Shown one piece after another: positions 25,884-28,150 of a stretch of 28,150 nucleotides of DNA. The notes under the pieces are model-generated. The model was not told the origin of the DNA. It did no database searches and saw nothing but the letters and a program-made list of their open reading frames with translations. The DNA is from a virus (lineage: Duplodnaviria; Caudoviricetes), in IMG/VR virus record IMGVR_UViG_3300006879_000017, positions 1 through 28,150 of that record. One strand, written 5' to 3'. Position 1 is the first letter of the stretch; the number at the start of each line of letters is the position of its first letter. The position numbers and the translations under genes are program-made.

Positions 25884-26518
25884 TGTACACCCCTTAGCGC
25901 ACTACGCATTTTCTCAATGTGACTTAGCGCCACATCTTGCGGTGCCGCCACCACCTTTTGCTCAATCTGCTTTTCGGGCCTAGGCAGCTCGCCGCCGGCG
26001 GCAACGTATTTTACGGTCTCGTTCCACACGCGACCCCATGCCTTGCGCGCATCGCTTTCTTTGCTCATTCGGTACGAATACGGATCGGCTAGTTTTCGTA
26101 ATGCGTAAATTACCGCTGGATGTTTTTTGCCATCGCTCACGCTTTGCCTGAACGCCTCTTCGCTGCTTGGCAAGCCTAGCGCCTCGCTATCAAGCTCACA
26201 CCATTTAATAAACTGACCAACACTTGGCATAAACGGCCTATCGTACAATCGCGCCTTCTCTAGCCCGCGCTTAATTTGCTCAGGTGTTGTTACATGGTTT
26301 TCAGTTAGCGCTCTTAGCCACGTCTTTCTTGCTTCAGCCTCTTCGCGCTCTGTCGGATACGACACTTTCCACGCGGGGAATATCTGCTTTAATCGGTCGA
26401 ACAGCAGGCCGATGATTTCGCCATCACGCTGAGTCGGTTGGCGTTTTTCAGGTGCCTGATATTTTTCAACGTTGTTTACCGCCCTTACTGCGATGCCCGC
26501 TGCGTTAAAATGGGTCAT
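25880..26518 (-). CDS. Replication protein P-like helicase loader
   Basis: LF..LKQIFPAW, W..AL.EN.VTT.EQI..G...AR and PFMPSVGQFIKWC motifs. Likely start is ATG 26518 (MTHF), overlapping the initiator end. Confidence 0.85.
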   Translation of the reverse strand: MTHFNAAGIAVRAVNNVEKYQAPEKRQPTQRDGEIIGLLFDRLKQIFPAWKVSYPTEREEAEARKTWLRALTENHVTTPEQIKRGLEKARLYDRPFMPSVGQFIKWCELDSEALGLPSSEEAFRQSVSDGKKHPAVIYALRKLADPYSYRMSKESDARKAWGRVWNETVKYVAAGGELPRPEKQIEQKVVAAPQDVALSHIEKMRSALRGVQ

Positions 26519-27371
26519 TTTCCATGCCCTCCATCCAGCTAGTATCATCCCACGCCAAGCCGTTGCCCTGACCTCCTCGTTTTTCAGGCAGTGGCGTATC
26601 AATTTGACCTACGTAGTCGTTAAATTTTGTGGCGTTAAATAGTGTTGATGGTCGCAGATACTGGCTCATTTGCGGATCGTTTATCCACTCCGCGCACTTT
26701 CGCTCAATCACCCTGGCTACGTCGTCAGGCGCATAGCCTTCGCTAAGCCTTGCCGTTATCGGTCTTATGTTTGAGGCTGTGTGCCTGTAGTGCCTGCCAG
26801 TTTTTTGATTTAGGTAATCAATGAGCTGCTTGGCCGCTTCCGTTTGCCACTTCTTGCTATCAGGTTTTTTTGCCGCATGGTCGATGTTCGCAGAACTCGG
26901 CATAGGTTTTTTAATATCTGTAGTAGTCTCTGCTGTAGTCTCTGTGTATAGATCTAAATGCGGTTTTGTTGTTTTGGCAGGTGCGCTTTTGTCATCTATG
27001 TAAATGCGCTTTTGTTGTTTACGTAAATACAGGCTTTTAAGGCTCTTTTCTATCTTCTCCATATCCACAAAATATGTGGTAAGCCTCGTTATATCTGTTT
27101 TTTTACTTACAAGACCCAGCTCTTCTAGCTTGTTGTAAGCTGTTGAAAATTCACGCCTTGAGAAGCCTAGCTCTTCTACCCAGCTATCACCGCTCTTGTA
27201 TTTTTCATGCTTGCATGGCGCGATAAATTTATAAAACTCGCCCCCTGTTTTTTGGCCCCAGTAGATAATTTGCTGCAGCAAAATGGTGGCGGTCACGCTC
27301 CCTGTTATCTCGTTTAGCTCCTTTCTGTACAGAATTACGTTTTTGTCGTTTGCAAGTATTGATGCTAACAC
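26505..27371 (-). CDS. Replication initiator (O-analogue)
   Basis: N-terminal winged-HTH (ATILLQQIIYW...SWVEELGFSRRE), TETTAETTT linker and C-terminal YLRPSTLF domain. Likely GTG start at 27371 after GGAG. Confidence 0.85.
   Translation of the reverse strand: MLASILANDKNVILYRKELNEITGSVTATILLQQIIYWGQKTGGEFYKFIAPCKHEKYKSGDSWVEELGFSRREFSTAYNKLEELGLVSKKTDITRLTTYFVDMEKIEKSLKSLYLRKQQKRIYIDDKSAPAKTTKPHLDLYTETTAETTTDIKKPMPSSANIDHAAKKPDSKKWQTEAAKQLIDYLNQKTGRHYRHTASNIRPITARLSEGYAPDDVARVIERKCAEWINDPQMSQYLRPSTLFNATKFNDYVGQIDTPLPEKRGGQGNGLAWDDTSWMEGMENDPF
26955..27027. repeat. Three 23-bp iterons, putative replication origin
   Basis: TGCG(G/C)TTTTGT begins at 26959, 26982 and 27005 (exact 23-bp period) in the middle of the initiator gene. 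Confidence 0.7.
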
Positions 27372-27383
27372 TGCGTTTTCTCC

Positions 27384-27458
27384 AATAAAAAAGCACTGCT
27401 CTCTCAATCGGGTAGCGTTGGCCTGCAAGTTGGCCTCCGAAAGAGAAAACAGTGCTTT
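27384..27458 (-). promoter_or_regulatory. Long leader hairpin B with U-tract upstream of the initiator
   Basis: 16-bp stem AAAGCACTGTTTTCTC/GAGAGAGCAGTGCTTT (two G-U pairs) plus TCGG/CCGA, then TTTATT and the GGAG RBS. Confidence 0.7.
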
Positions 27459-27490
27459 GTTAACTTACATCATAGGCCGCTACAGCCTGA

Positions 27491-28150
27491 TTAGGAATCA
27501 ATTTTATCACACTCTAAACTATTTTTTAACTGGTATTTAGCCCATTCGCCAGCCACCCATTCCACGCCTTTGGGCGTGAATTTTGCCTGACTTCGAGCAC
27601 GGCCTGAATTGTCGATTACCTGCAGCACTGCAAAGCGTCCAGTGTCAAGATGTTGAGCGTAGGGCGTTAGTGTGCCTGCCAGCCTGTACATGATGCGTTT
27701 ATTAAGCAGAAACCCTCTAAACTCGTTTTCTTTAGCGCTTAGTGTTTTGCATACCTGTCTAAAGCTTTGTGATCCTTTGGCCTGTACGTACCTGTCCACA
27801 AACTCCACCTTTGGCGCTGCTCGCTCTAGCTGTTTGGTTTTTTCTTCCACCTCTAAAGCTAGGCGGCCTGCCTCCAGCAGTGCCTCGGCGTAGGTTTGCG
27901 GCAATTGCGGCTTTTGCTGTGCTTCTAGTTCTTGCCAGCGCTTAACCACCCGCATCCGGGCCACGGTGTCGTAGCCTAGCAGCAAGGTTAGTGTTGTGTC
28001 TTTGTCAAGCTCGTATTGTGCGTATTGCCTGCCATCCCTGCCTGTGTAACTAGTTGTTTTTACGCATGGCTCCAATTCTGGATTCATGCTTACTGCATCG
28101 ATAAGCGCGCGAATGTCTCGCATAACGTGCGCATGATTTTTGTTTGTTAG
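27491..28150 (-). CDS. Antirepressor, Rha N-terminal domain plus KilAC C-terminal domain (5' truncated by the window)
   Basis: LTNKNHAHVMRDI (Rha), L..GY....R..VVKRWQELE, LPQTYAEAL, PKVEFVDRYV and FTPKGVEW motifs. The frame is open to the window edge. Confidence 0.9.
   Translation of the reverse strand, partial: LTNKNHAHVMRDIRALIDAVSMNPELEPCVKTTSYTGRDGRQYAQYELDKDTTLTLLLGYDTVARMRVVKRWQELEAQQKPQLPQTYAEALLEAGRLALEVEEKTKQLERAAPKVEFVDRYVQAKGSQSFRQVCKTLSAKENEFRGFLLNKRIMYRLAGTLTPYAQHLDTGRFAVLQVIDNSGRARSQAKFTPKGVEWVAGEWAKYQLKNSLECDKIDS
27501..27529 (-). promoter_or_regulatory. Putative sigma70 promoter for the replication genes
   Basis: TTAAAA-17 nt-TAAAAT with extended -10 (TGATAAAAT), within the 3' end of the antirepressor gene. 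Confidence 0.5.

Noticed and set aside
26920-26946. Short TGTAGT/AGTCTCTG repeats
   Set aside because: In codon phase and encoding the common TETTAETTT linker of phage initiators.
27372-27428. N-terminal extension of the initiator in the ORF track
   Set aside because: It runs through hairpin B; the GTG at 27371 has a proper RBS.
1-28150. CRISPR array, diversity-generating retroelement, invertible tail cassette, integrase/att, intron or intein
   Set aside because: No repeat-spacer array, reverse transcriptase, duplicated variable region or recombinase was seen, and TerL, portal and capsid have normal lengths.

Overview
The window is a 28-kb segment of a tailed dsDNA phage or prophage with siphovirus-type gene content, probably from a proteobacterial host. 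Essentially every real gene is on the minus strand. Read in transcription order (right to left) it contains: a Rha/KilAC antirepressor (5' end cut off); an O-like replication initiator with internal 23-bp iterons; a lambda P-like helicase loader; NinB; an AT-rich beta-class DNA methyltransferase; a truncated HNH/Ref-like ORF; and a RuvC-like resolvase. Next comes a ~1.4-kb accessory region with a promoter/operator, small membrane peptides, several structured RNA elements and tRNA-Arg(CCU). The late region follows: P22 gp3-like TerS, TerL, portal, DUF2213 protease/scaffold, decoration protein, DUF2184 major capsid, a probable head-fibre cassette, neck genes with a displaced gpF-like gene, tail tube, tail chaperone with a GGGAAAG -1 frameshift, tape measure, tail tip genes, an esterase tailspike, GH24 endolysin and nested Rz/Rz1 spanins (cut off). 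No integrase, repressor, Q antiterminator or holin is visible. The most unusual signals lie at the early/late junction: two related promoter-proximal attenuator-like hairpins with mutually complementary loops, a kissing-loop four-way-junction RNA abutting the tRNA, and a frameshifted mini-ORF ending in an NrdA-like CxxxCKI tail. All family assignments come from motif recognition by eye, not database searches.
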